Part shown: positions 1-13,449 of the stretch, piece by piece
Numbering within the stretch: the stretch's first letter is position 1
How the letters are laid out: each line of letters begins with the position of its first letter
NCBI GenBank assembly: GCA_964016885.1
Contig: OZ024743.1
Location: forward strand, 105,400,001 to 105,464,000
Length of the DNA stretch: 64,000 nt
Origin: Eledone cirrhosa
Taxonomy: Eukaryota
Direction: 5' to 3'
The notes under the pieces: model-generated
What the model saw: the letters and a program-made list of their open reading frames with translations, nothing else
Told to the model about the DNA's origin: nothing
The model's database searches: none
Made by a program: the position numbers and the translations under genes

Positions 1-416
1 CTAACCAAAATATACATACGATACAAACCTAAATACACATCCACACGCATGCATATAATCATTTATATATATATACGCATACATATCTATATCCACATAT
101 ACACATCTATACCCCCATATATACATATACATATACACACATATATATATACACAAACACACACATACATACATACACATATACATACACATATACACAT
201 ATATACATATATATACACATATATATATATACATATATATATATATACATATATATATATACATACACACACATATATATACATATACAATACACACACA
301 CACACACATACACATATATATATATATATATATACAGACTTCTTACATGTGCACATACTCATATATAAACATCCATACACCTATACTCACATATACACAT
401 ACAAAAACACATCTAT

Positions 417-539
<123 letters not shown>

Positions 540-716
540 CACATACACACACACATACATATATATATATATACACATATATATACACACCCAAATATAT
601 ATATATATATATATACATACATACACACATACATACACAAGCATATACATATATACACATATACACATACATAAACATATGTATATACACACAAACATAT
701 ATATATATATACACAC

Positions 717-819
<103 letters not shown>

Positions 820-835
820 AATATATACACACATA

Positions 836-2998
836 AATATATTTCCATATCATACATAGATGTTTATTTTCACTCATGCAATTACGGGTGGCTGTGTACC
901 TTGTTGCCTTTAGTAATTAACGCATAAATCTAAGGAAGCTAAAACATTAAAAGGCAAAAATAAGCACGAAAGCATATACTTAGGGGAAAGAGGTACTAAT
1001 ACATGTTATTCTATACGGAATTATAGTGAGTTGCTATTTAGAATATTTAATTAGGTTTATAGTATTTAATTAGGTTTATAATATTTAATTAGGTTTATAG
1101 TATTTAAATATTTTTCGTATACGGTGATTACAGACTATGCTCAATTCCTGTCTTTTATTTAATAAATCGTCCTTAGATTTAGTAATTTCCAAGATCTCTC
1201 CTGAACACAATCCGCATTCCCTCCTGTTTCCAAGATATGGAGTTTTTTGTAGAATGGTGTTCCACGATAACTTAAAATGTATTTTTTTCTTTTTATAATT
1301 ATATACCGCTTCAGCTAAAGATGTGGTGTTTGCTAGTTTAGTATTGTTGAAACTACTAGCGTGTGTGTAAAATCTTTTCTTAAATGTGTTTGATGTAGAT
1401 CCTATATATGTTTTGTTGGAGTCTGCAGTGGACACAATGCATTTATATACTACATTATTAATCAAACAATTTCCATTTAAGCGGCAAGCGATTCTATTTT
1501 TGCAATTACAGCAATACGTAAGATGGTTTTGGGGGGTGCCTATACTATTCTCATTTATCCTTGAGCTATTCCTATTGTAATTAATGATAGCAGGAGAATG
1601 AAGGCTGCTTGGTGGGTGGTTTGGTGCTAGAGTTGTATTGTAATTGTGTGTTCTGTTGTCTTTGTGTTGGTAATATGGGTGGCTGTGATTTCTAGGTTGA
1701 AGGATTGTATTATTTGTCTTTTTAAAAGGTGCAGTCCTATTTAAATTATGTTGCGGTGGAGTAGTCATATTATCTTTAGGTTTATAAATGTTGTAGTTAT
1801 ATTTTGTTTGAGATTGTTTGATGTAGAGTATGAGAATTTAACAGTATATTTGTTAAATATTTGGTGGTATCTGTGGTTTGGTGGAAAATGTTTATGTAGT
1901 ATTTCAAATAATTTTTGGGGGACTTGTCCAATAGTTTGCAGGTTGAAGGGTGCGTTTTACCGTGTTATGTTTCTTTTGCGGTTTTTAGTTAAGTTTTTAT
2001 TATCCCTTATATTATTGTGTTGTGTTCTAGAAGAGTTCCTATGGTTATTGTCCTTATTTGTGGAATTTGGTAAATCATCGTGGTTGTATTTGGTGTTATT
2101 GTGGGGTAGATTATGAGATTTTAAGTGCTTGGTATTCATATGTGGGTTGATATCATTCGTTATAGATCGTGTAGTAATAGTTGTTGTGGTTTTTCGGTTG
2201 TTTGGTGTAATAGAAATAACCACTTTAGGTATTTGTTTCAATGGTATTTTTGGTGTTTGTAGTTTCTGTTAGGTTTTATGTTTTGGTCCATAGTAGAGTT
2301 GGGGATATATGAGATTTTTTCTTTATATCCACTTCTAGTTAAGGCCTCGTTGTAGAAGGGTGTATTATTATAAAATATATCTTCATTGGAAGATAATTTA
2401 GAAAGTCTAAAAGAAATGTTATATACTAAGTTCTTGAGTATCGAGCCTGGGTGGTTAGATCGTGAATATACATAATGTAGATTCTGCTTAGGTTTGTGGT
2501 ATGGTTGATAAGTATTCGTAGAGAGATCTAAGGTAACATCAAGGAAATCAGCTACTTTTGAAGTGTTTTCAAAAGTGATGTTAAGGCTGCAATAGTCCTT
2601 GATGAATTTTCTAATTTACTTTTGTTCTTCTCTATATTGGAATTGCTAAGATTGTTAGATAACAATAGAAAATCATCCCGATAAAGACCACCTTTGAGGT
2701 GGGGAAAAGAGTCATTAATGTTATAGAGGAGAAATAGTCAAACGAGGATTGTAACTTGAGCAGAGTCCATGGATCTCATCGTAATATCGAATAAGTTGTT
2801 ATACGTATTTCTTGTCCAATATTCATCTTGGAAGTTTAGTAAGGTTTTTCTAGCGTGAGTTATGATGTTGATTTCCTCAGTAGATAAATCCGATCTATTT
2901 CTGGCAAAGATCAGTGCTTTGTTTGAAAGAATTGGAGAAACCGAAGTATAGTATGAATCAATGTCGAATTGAATGAATGAAGCTGAGTTTTTATTCTC
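836..2998 (-). mobile_element. Penelope-like element (Naiad-type), 5'-truncated, frameshifted RT + GIY-YIG endonuclease
   Basis: ORF 2738-3100 has RT motifs FIQFDIDSYYTSVS and DITMRSMDSAQV, followed by a GLYRDD-like motif near 2670-2695. ORF 1085-1768 has CNCKNRIACRLNGNC, VVYKC..YIGST..FKKRFYTH and C-terminal CGLC...LLNKRQE (GIY-YIG). 3' UTR runs to the (TA)n tract at ~830. Confidence 0.9.
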
Positions 2999-3029
2999 AA
3001 TGCTGTAATTGCAGAAATAGAGCATATGC

Positions 3030-3672
3030 CCCTTAAATAGAAACTGTTTGATTAATAATGTAGTATATAAATGCACTGTGTCTACTACAGACTCCAACAA
3101 AACGTATATAGGATCTACATCAAAAACATTTAAGAAAAGATTTTACGCACACGCTAGTAGTTTCAACAATACTAAACTAGCTAACACCACATCTTTAGCT
3201 GAAGCGGTAAATAATTATAAAAAGAAAAAAATACATTTTAAGTTATCTTGGAACACCATTCTACAAAAAACTCCATATCTTGGAAACAGGAGGGAATGCG
3301 GATTATGTTCAGGGGAGATCTTGGAAATTACTAAATCTAAGGACGATTTATTAAATAAAAGGTGGAATTGATCATTGTCTGTAATCACCGTATACGAAAA
3401 ATATTTAAATACTATAAACCTAATTAAATACTATAAACCTAACTAAATATTCTAAATAGCAACTCACTATAATTCCGTATAGAATAACATTTATTAGTAC
3501 CTCTTTCCCTAATTATATGCTTTCATGCTTATTTTTGCCTTTTAATGTTTTAGCTTCCTTAGATTTATGCGTTAATTACTAAAGGCAACAAGGTACACAG
3601 CCACCCGTAATTGCATGAGTGAAAATAAACATCTATGTATGATATGGAAATATATTTATGTGTGTATATATT

Positions 3673-3680
<8 letters not shown>
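3030..3680 (+). mobile_element. Inverted copy of the 3' end (GIY-YIG + 3' UTR) of the adjacent PLE
   Basis: Reverse complement of ~815-1480. ORF 3048-3371 repeats the GIY-YIG peptide nearly identically. Inverted 3' segment at the 5' truncation point is typical of PLEs. Confidence 0.9.
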
Positions 3681-3729
<49 letters not shown>

Positions 3730-3783
3730 CGAAAAATAAGAAAATATTTTTTAAAAATCTTTTACTTACTTACTTAAATTTTC

Positions 3784-3865
3784 ACTCCAACTAATTAGTT
3801 TCTGCAATCGGATAAAGACAGTTACGTAATCCAACTGTCGAGAATTCATTGCGTCATCAGGGAGT
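3784..3865 (-). ncRNA. Type I hammerhead ribozyme (array unit 1)
   Basis: ACUCC-CUGAUGA-C-GCAAU..GACAGUU..AACUGUC..AUUGC-A-GAAAC-UAAUUA-GUU/GGAGU. Confidence 0.8.
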
Positions 3866-4346
3866 CTATTCTCAGCTAAGTCTCCAGGCAATGCGCGGAC
3901 ACTGGCGGCTCATATAAAGATAATAATAATTCGGTAGATAGAACAGCTGGCGAGGACTGGATTCTATGTACTGAAATTCTCACTGCTTCTAGTCAAATGG
4001 CCGATTCTAAAGAATCAATCACTTCACATAGAGGCTAGTTAGAAGGAATGGGATGGTAAGATGACTGACGCCTACTAACACCCCAAAAAAAAAATTTTTT
4101 TAGAAGTGGTTTTGGCAGGTTTGCTCGACAAATCAGTGATTTGGAGATAAATATAGATAATTTAATATATCAACTAACATAAGCGCACAGATGCACGCCA
4201 ATGCCAGCAAATACAAAGGTTATGTCATAGTACCTAGGTGGTTCAATGCAGGAGGATGCAGAACAATAATATAAAAGACGAAAAATAAGAAAATATTTTT
4301 TTAAAAAAATTTTTAAAACTTTTTTTACTTACTTACTTAAATTTTC

Positions 4347-4428
4347 ACTCCAACTAATTAGTTTCTGCAATGGGATAAAGACAGTTACGTAATCCAACTG
4401 TCGAGAATTCATTGCGTCATCAGGGAGT
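4347..4428 (-). ncRNA. Type I hammerhead ribozyme (array unit 2)
   Basis: Same motif as unit 1. Confidence 0.8.
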
Positions 4429-4909
4429 CTATTCTCAGCTAAATCTGCAGGCAATGCGCGGACACTGGCGGCTCATATAAAAATAATAATAATTCCGTAG
4501 ATAGAACAGCTGGCGAGGACTGGATTCTATGTACTGAAATTCTCACTGCTTCTAGTCAAATGGCCGATTCTAAAGAATCAATCACTTCACATAGAGGCTA
4601 GTTAGAAGGAATGGGATGGTAAAATGACTGACGCCTACTAACACCCCAAAAAAAAAATTTTTTTAGAAGTGGTTTTGGCAGGTTTGCTCGACAAATCAGT
4701 GATTTGGAGATAAATATAGATAATTTAATATATCAACTAACATAAGCGCACAGATGCACGCCAATGCCAGCAAATACACAGGTTATGTCATAGTACCTAG
4801 GTGGTTCAATGCAGGAGGATGCAGAACAATAATATAAAAGACGAAAAATAAGAAAATATTTTTTTAAAAAAATTTTAAAAAATTTTTTTACTTACTTACT
4901 TAAATTTTC

Positions 4910-4991
4910 ACTCCAACTAATTAGTTTCTGCAATGGGATAAAGACAGTTACGTAATCCAACTGTCGAGAATTCATTGCGTCATCAGGGAGT
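4910..4991 (-). ncRNA. Type I hammerhead ribozyme (array unit 3)
   Basis: Same motif as unit 1. Confidence 0.8.
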
Positions 4992-5587
4992 CTATTCTCA
5001 GCTAAATCTCCAGGCAATGCGCGGACACTGGCGGCTCATATAAAAATAATAATAATTCCGTAGATAGAACAGCTGGCGAGGACTGGATTCTATGTACAGA
5101 AATTGGAGTGAAAATTTAAGTAAGTAAGTAAAAAATATTTTAAAAATGAAAAAAAAAAAAATTTTCTTATTTTTCGTCTTTTATATTATTGTTCTGCATC
5201 CTCCTGCATTGAACCACCTAGGTACTATGACATAACCTGTGTATTTGCTGGCATGGACGTTCATCTGTGCGCTTATGTTAGTTGATATATTAAATTATCT
5301 ATATTTATCTCCAAATCACTGATTTGTCGAGCAAACCTGCCAAAACCACTTCTAAAAAATTTTTTTTGGGGGTGTTAGTAGGCGTGAGTCATCTTACCAT
5401 CCCATTCCTTCTAACTAGCCTCTATGTCATATGATTGATTCTTTAGAATCGGCCATTTGACTAGAAGCAGTGAGAATTTCAGTACATAGAATCCAGTCCT
5501 CGCCAGCTGTTCTATCTACCGAATTATTATTATTTTTATATGAGCCGCCAGTGTCCGCGCATTGCCTGGAGACTTAGCTGAGAATAG

Positions 5588-5669
5588 ACTCCCTGATGAC
5601 GCAATGAATTCTCGACAGTTGGATTACGTAACTGTCTTTATCCGATTGCAGAAACTAATTAGTTGGAGT
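5588..5669 (+). ncRNA. Type I hammerhead ribozyme (inverted arm of array)
   Basis: Stem I ACTCC 5588-92 / GGAGT 5665-69. Core CTGATGA 5593-99. GAAAC-TAATTA-GTT gives a palindromic stem III with GUU triplet. Confidence 0.82.
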
Positions 5670-5858
5670 GAAAATTTAAGTAAGTAAGTAAAAAAATTTT
5701 TAAAAAATTTTTTTAAAAAATATTTTCTTATTTTTCGTCTTTTATATTATTGTTCTGCATCCTCCTGCATTGAACCACCTAGGTACTATGACATAACCTG
5801 TGTATTTGCTGGCATGGGCGTGCATCTGTGGGCTTATGTTAGTTGATATATTAAATTA

Positions 5859-5932
<74 letters not shown>

Positions 5933-6136
5933 AAGATATATATATATATATATGTATATACATGTTTATGTATGTGTATATGTGTAAATATGTATATGCT
6001 TGTGTATGTATGTGTATGTATGTGTATGTGTGTATGTATGTATATGTATGTATGTGTGTATATATATGTATACATATATGTGCATATATGTATATATATA
6101 TATTTGGGTGTGTATATATATGTGTATATATATATA

Positions 6137-6747
6137 TGTCAGGTCACCACTTGGTGCTACTGGTAACGTGTATTCCAGTACAACCTGTCCCATGGTCGGG
6201 TCGTTGGCGACTAAACTGGCAACCCCACCAAGGTTTCTTGGTGAGGAGGGGGACTTTAGACATCCTGCAGGACTAAAAACAAAACCTGTCAAAGGGCAAA
6301 GGAACTCTTAAGAGTCAATGGCCATCCAAAATCACCGGGAAAGATGACCCCTTAGCCTTTGTCAAGGCAGAATTCTAGAAGAAGGAAAACTCTGAAATAA
6401 CACCTGCAACTCTGATGGTATCCAATGATGTTGACTTGTTCTTCTATTTGTTAAATATCATCTTGGTTAAGAGTGTGGGACTGGCTTTGTGCAGTGCCTT
6501 TGCTCACTATAAAAGCTTCACGGCACAGGCATTGCTTAATATCTGGAAATCTCTCTGCACTTGTCGTCACATGGTACCATGGGCCTAGCACTATGTGTCA
6601 ATAATTGTCACAAGTGTAGTGTTTGTACAAGAGTTTTCAAGTTGCTGGCTGGACTAAAAAGTCACACTCGTTCAGCCCATCGGTAGGGTTTCTCCTACAT
6701 GGATATAAAGTAGTGGCCGTACTCGAAAACGAGTTGGCAGCCACCAT
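6137..6747 (+). mobile_element. Non-autonomous RTE-LINE derivative (5' leader joined to 3' end with C2H2 finger), copy 1
   Basis: Highly similar to 46036-46651 over its full length. 3' part encodes CSVC..FKxLAGLKSHTRSAHR, resembling the RTE C-terminal zinc finger. Inserted in TA-rich repeat. Confidence 0.65.
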
Positions 6748-6752
6748 GTATG

Positions 6753-6783
<31 letters not shown>

Positions 6784-7119
6784 GTTTTTGCGTGTGTGTA
6801 TATGTGATATATGTGTATAAATGTTGATATATGTGCATGTGCACATGTAAGAGGAGTGTACATATGCTCACACAAGTGTGCATATATATATATATATAAG
6901 TGTATGTGTGTGTGTGTATTGTATATATATATATATATATGTGTGTGTATGTATATATATATATGTATATATATACATATATGTGTATATATATGTATAT
7001 ATGTGTATATGTGTATGTATATATGTATGTATGTGTGTGTCTATATGTATGTACATGTATATATGTATGTATGTGTCTATATGTATGTACATGTATATAT
7101 GTATGTACATGTATATATG

Positions 7120-7454
<335 letters not shown>

Positions 7455-7577
7455 ATACCTCATTACACAATGCTTCAAGTGAACTATAACCTCCTCCTCA
7501 TATATATATATATATGTGTGTGTGTGTGTATGTATCTGTATATGTATATGTGTATATGTGGATATATATATATGTAT

Positions 7578-7612
<35 letters not shown>

Positions 7613-9207
7613 TATATGCATGCATGTGGATGTGTATTTAGGTTTGCATCTATTTGCACGTATGTATATTTTGGTTAGATATCAATATAACTGTACCTCT
7701 CTCTATATGTGGTGTGAATATGTGTACTTTGTAGACTATGAAATGTATGTGTTTTAACTATGCCAACATGTACTTATCTGAGTTTGATTGTTTATGCATA
7801 AACATACTTAGTAATATTTTAGAGCGTATAATATGTTATATTATACTGAGTGTAATTTACCACACCGTACTATATTCTGTTGGTTAAGTTGTATATTATC
7901 GCATTACTATATCACATTATCTTATTATAACATTCATCTTTTAATATACTATCTTTCCTAGCCATAACATTAATTTATATTCACCTTAAAACTCAATACA
8001 ACACTAATTACCATTTATTTTGACATTCCTTTTAAATTCACTATACAAGATACATTCAACTATCAGTTTGACAATCCCCTTCCTTCCTAATAGATTTTTA
8101 TGCCATTTCTACTAACACCTTTCAACCATTCATTTCAAAGGGTCATGACCTCAACTAAAATGTATTACTTTTCATCTTAACACCATATGAAAAAAACAAT
8201 TTGATTCGTTAGTTCTTCAACTACCTCCAAATATGGGCATGATACTAATTCTTATTAAAATTATTATTGAATAAAATTATTATTGCTTTTGAAAACAGCT
8301 GGTGATATGCATGTAATAAATATTATCTCTATCTGATAGTGTGTAAACTTACATAGATCAATAACTGAGTATAGATACAATGTATTATCACCATCTAGAA
8401 ACGATCGTAAAGCAGTGAAGTATATCTCTAATGACTTGATTTTTTATTTCATTGTTTTAACTTATATCATGACTCTGGTTTCCTTTTAATGTTTTATTGT
8501 TTTCTGAGATTTATCTTAACCTAGAAGATTTTCAACATATGGATTACATTGAGTTCTTCATAGAGAATAGACCCCACAACAACTTACAGTGGATACCTGT
8601 GTGTATATATATATATGTTAATTTTTAAAACTATTCTGTTGAGAGCTTAATTCGTTTTGTGATATTTTGCAATTTGGCACTAACACACATACTGAATTAA
8701 TCCGCCAAATCTAGGGGCTGTCTCCCTTATCACACCCCACGAGGGTTTTCATAACGGTCAGTCCTTAGCTTTCCATAGAACTAAATGCCTGTTGAAAAAG
8801 TGATTTCCTTGTTCGATCATCATACCAAAAGTTTAACATTATTTGTTTAAGCAAACAGTACTTGATTTAGAAACAATTATTTAGAAACAATTATTTAGAA
8901 ACAATTATTTGTTTAAGCAGACAGTACTTGATTTAGGAGTTGCAGAAACCCCATATTGGATCTTACCATCGTTTCATGGGTCCGGGTATAATTTTCAATC
9001 ATATTTTATTATTTGTTTGACCCGAATAGCTTGGTTGTGTCTATGGCTTTGCGGATAATGGTTTAACCATCGTCTCAGTGTGTTTGGCCTTTTAACTTAC
9101 GTTGTTGCTATTATTCATTAGTTTCTATGGAGCACTTGCCACACATCTCGGAAGTTGATTTTCGCTAATTTCCAATAGCCAAAATGCGATTCTCGGTAAT
9201 TCATATT

Positions 9208-9315
<108 letters not shown>

Positions 9316-9419
9316 TAGTAGAGTGCTGTAAATATAAATTATAGCGTATAATGCTAAAAATGATGTTTTCAGAAGTCTAAGACAATGAGAAATGAACTGT
9401 AAAATTTAGTTTAAACGAA

Positions 9420-10210
9420 GCTTACTTGGTATTATTATTTTTTCCGTCCTAATATTTCGGGAATTAAAATTCCCCAGAGGAAAATGTTCCGGTCTCGTCA
9501 CTTTGATATTTGTCACTATAATATTTTTTTTAAAAATTAAACATTTTAAAATCACTTTCAAGAATCGTGTTTTGACATTTGCTAGATGCTATGGGCAGGC
9601 CGCTTGTTTGTTTGTATGTGTATATTTTCTATGACGATATTTAACATTTGATGTATGGTTAATGACCGCTGGATGAGCAGGTATTTTGTGTAGAGGGAGA
9701 CAACGTCGAGGCTGTCAGTGTATATAGTGAGTTTCATTTGGCTAGTTTATATGACATCATCTGAGCTACTGACATATCCGGGAAAACCACACCTTCATAA
9801 CATAACAGTCAGTATTGAAACCAGAGAGAAACATTTGGATAACCTGAGAATAAATGAAGAATTGTTTATACGGAAGCACAACCAACAGATCTTCAACAGA
9901 TTAGGACTCAGCACACAATACTTTTCATAAAATGTCACACACACATGCACACGGGGACAGCCTACACATAACAATCAACACAAGCAATTTACTTCAATTT
10001 TATTCTCTACATTGCAAATGACGTCTTCTACAGCTTCTCGCATCAAACTTCAAAACACTACGCTTGAAAGTAATCCTAAAATCTTTAATTTAAAACAAAT
10101 ATCAAAGCATCAAGACCGGTACGTTTTACTCTGAGTGTTCTCCACATTCTCAGAAAGAGATTTTTAAGTCTAGACGCATTAAGATGGAAACAAAATAATG
10201 AATACCAGGC
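9420..10210 (+). mobile_element. Old PLE 3' remnant with diverged inverted arm
   Basis: ORF 9718-9930 resembles the PLE endonuclease C-terminus (ETREKH..LRINEELFIRKH..IFN). 9420-9620 is a diverged reverse complement of ~9960-10210. Confidence 0.45.
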
Positions 10211-10248
10211 ACACATCTTCGTTACTTTCATTTACACCAAATTTTACA

Positions 10249-10290
10249 ATCCATTTCACATTGTCTTAGCGTTCAAATCATTTTCTACAC

Positions 10291-10366
<76 letters not shown>

Positions 10367-10404
10367 GTGTAGAAAATGATTTGAACGCTAAGACAATGTG
10401 AAAT

Positions 10405-10408
<4 letters not shown>
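10249..10408. repeat. ~45-bp inverted repeat enclosing a (CA)n(TA)n tract
   Basis: atccatttcacattgtcttagcgttcaaatcattttctacaccaca / tgtggtgtagaaaatgatttgaacgctaagacaatgtgaaatggat. Confidence 0.9.
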
Positions 10409-10445
<37 letters not shown>

Positions 10446-10516
10446 TGTGTATGTATATCTATGTAGTGTATGTGTGTATATACATAATTCCCCCCCCCCC
10501 CCCCACACACACACAT

Positions 10517-10590
<74 letters not shown>

Positions 10591-10889
10591 TATATACGTA
10601 AATAAGTATACATAAACGAACATTCCATACATAAAAATTATAAATGCTTGGCTAAAAATATTTAATATAATCTTTATTAGACAAAGCTAAACATTATTCC
10701 TATGGAAACACCAATTTCAGAGCGTAAATGAATATAAAAATATTGATATGAATCGAATGAAATATCGATCATTTGCTAATGATATTGAATACAGTTCATT
10801 TACTTCTCAAATTATGTATAAATGTCAATCTGTTTTTGACTGAACTTATAACTTTGCAACGTGGTTCTATTGTATAGAAGTTACTCATC

Positions 10890-11045
10890 AGGCGATGAAT
10901 TGGCAGAATCAATAGCTCATCAGACATAATGCTTTGCGATATTTGTTCTAGCTTTCTGCACTCTGTGTTCAAAATTCAAGATCAACTTTGCCTTTCAACA
11001 ATCCGAAGTCAACAAAATAGTACCAGTCCAGTACTAGTATCAACT
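10890..11045 (+). mobile_element. Diverged tRNA-derived SINE
   Basis: ggcgatgaattggcagaatc...gttcaaaattc...aactttgcctttca...taccagt; resembles the family at 62432-62620. Confidence 0.55.
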
Positions 11046-11283
11046 CTTTTTATTCTATCTCTTTCTCACTCACTCATTCTTTTTCTTTCTCTTTCACTTA
11101 ATACTTCTCTGGAAATAATCCTCTGTTTAAAAGGGATGGGCCTAACCAGATTTAAAAGAATATGTCCAATTTATTCATGTGTTACTAGGCACCTCTACGA
11201 TTACACGAGATACGAATTTGTAAGTACGTACAAACATACACACATAATCCCCCCCCCCCCTCCACATATAAATATATATATAC

Positions 11284-11367
<84 letters not shown>

Positions 11368-11678
11368 CTGGTATCTCTAATTAGTACCATAGAACAACTA
11401 TTATATTATAGACACCCTATATATCTCAATGTGTACTTAGTACTCAATGAGATATTTACCTCATTTTTATATATTCTCCAATCTATGTAGAGAAAAAAAT
11501 TCGTTGTTGCTTACTGATATTTTTTTTAGCAGCCAAGCCATCAACAAGTCTATAATATTCCCGCTTGCTCTAGTGGCCAGGTCACGTACGGGTCACTTTA
11601 ACGGCTATAACTCATACGAGCTGGTAGTTAGCATTATATTTGCGGACCATGAGACATATGTCCTATAGAAAGGAAATA

Positions 11679-11757
11679 GCTATCTCATGAAATCTACTTT
11701 CCGTTGGAAATTCTCTGAATTTCCAATCTTTTGTGGATGGAAACCGCCAGTAATAGC
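11679..11757 (+). ncRNA. Type I hammerhead with a core point mutation (probably inactive)
   Basis: GCUAU-CUCAUGA-A-AUCUAC..UUGGAAAUU/AAUUUCCAA..GUGGAU-G-GAAAC-CGCCA-GUA/AUAGC; CUGAUGA changed to CUCAUGA. Confidence 0.6.
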
Positions 11758-11840
11758 ATTATGAACAGGTAGATATTTAAATTATTTTTTAATTTATTTA
11801 AAGGATTGTTTAATGTTTGTTTGTTCTGCTCATCAATTTT

Positions 11841-11874
<34 letters not shown>

Positions 11875-12074
11875 TGTGGAGAGGGGGGGGGGGGGGTTAT
11901 GTGTGTATGTTCAATTACACTTAAGATTTAACATTTAATATTCTACCATACTATTTCATTATAATACCATTATAAATTTTAAAGGATTGTAAATAAAACG
12001 AGTAAATCAGACAAAGTTGGAATTCCTCTTATTAATATAATCTTCTATACACAATCATACACACCCGTGTATAT

Positions 12075-12145
<71 letters not shown>

Positions 12146-12555
12146 TGACCGACCCCATTTCACGCGCACGGGCGCTCTGCTGAATACATCAGATATTCAA
12201 AACAACGAACAGCGGAGGACACGTTTCGCACCTTTCCGACAGACCCCCCCCCCCCCGGAAAAAAACCCCACTTGATGGATGTGAATCCGAAATATATAGG
12301 GACAATTAAATCTCTCCCAAGGTAACTATTTCTCGTTTTGTTATTTTTATTTTTATCCTTTACGCTCTTTCCTTCATTCCTCTACACGCTGCAGTCTTAT
12401 ACACGCCACGCATCTCAACGTACACCCACTTACATCTCTCTCTCCACCACCGGATCTTGTTACCCGGAGATTTACCCATCTGCATTGTCGAGGCTTCCAA
12501 ACGACTTAAAGAAATTTACCTTATTATTCCACAATGCTTCAAGCAAACTTCAATA

Positions 12556-12605
<50 letters not shown>

Positions 12606-13449
12606 AAAGGTAAACAGAAATAACATAATCAGTACAGTATATTGAAGGTTGAACGCACGAAATAGCAGGAGAAGTGTCTTAACGTTTCGGACGATTATCA
12701 TTCATAAGAAGAAAGAATGAGAAATTAGAAAGATTGAAGGGACGAGCAGGGTGGAATCGAAAATAATATGTTTTTAGAGAAAAATAAGAGGCCCATTCAT
12801 GTTGCCATCACTTAGAAAACTGGCGCTTTGTGTATTATATACTTTTTTTTAGAAAAGTGGATGACGGAGCGCATCTATCTGAAATGAAAAAAAAACGTTT
12901 CGTATATAGAGCTATACGTATGCGCGTGCGTATGCGCGCGTGTGTGTGTGTGTGTGTATGTGCGCGTATGTGTGTGTATTTATAATATGTCCGTACGAAG
13001 CTAAGAGGATATGTGTGTGTGTAAGTAAGTAAAATAGGGTGTGTGTGTGCTTGTAAATATAAGGGACTGAGTGTAAATATAAGGTAGTGCGTATACAGAG
13101 CTGTGAAGGGAAAAGTAGAGGTGTGTGTGCGTATTTTGTTGGTCTGTATCAGCTGTAAGAATATATTTGTCTGACCATAAGAGAGGCATAGGAATCTAGG
13201 GTTGAATGTACAAGTGCGTGTGTGATAACGGACTGGGTAAACGTGACAGAGGCGAAGGGTAGAGAAGAAAGCGCGAACGTATACGTGTAATATTAAAGAA
13301 ATTGCGGAGGGGAGTTGAGTCCACGAGGGAAACACGACAGAAGGCGGAAAATCAGACTTTATTCTGGCCTGATGCGCGAGGCCTTCTCCACCACAGTATC
13401 TGCACACACTTTGTCTAACCACCTGAGCCTCACCACCTCCCCCACTTTC

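Larger units (their letters stand above)
3722..5862. mobile_element. Non-coding ~560-bp tandem/fold-back repeat with one hammerhead per unit (candidate non-LTR retrozyme)
   Basis: Units start at 3722, 4271 and 4834 (third truncated at ~5104). An inverted run of ~1.35 units spans 5105-5862. No ORF; both ends abut (TA)n. Confidence 0.85.

Noticed and set aside
3722-5862. CRISPR array or DNA transposon/MITE interpretation
   Set aside because: No unique spacers, no cas genes, eukaryotic context; inverted arms are asymmetric internal fold-backs, not terminal inverted repeats with TSDs.
12604-12720. Minus-strand degenerate HHR (CTTATGA..CCGAAACGTT), partial copy at 46731-46840
   Set aside because: Core is mutated; likely a relic pLTR of the 13450-14270 PLE.
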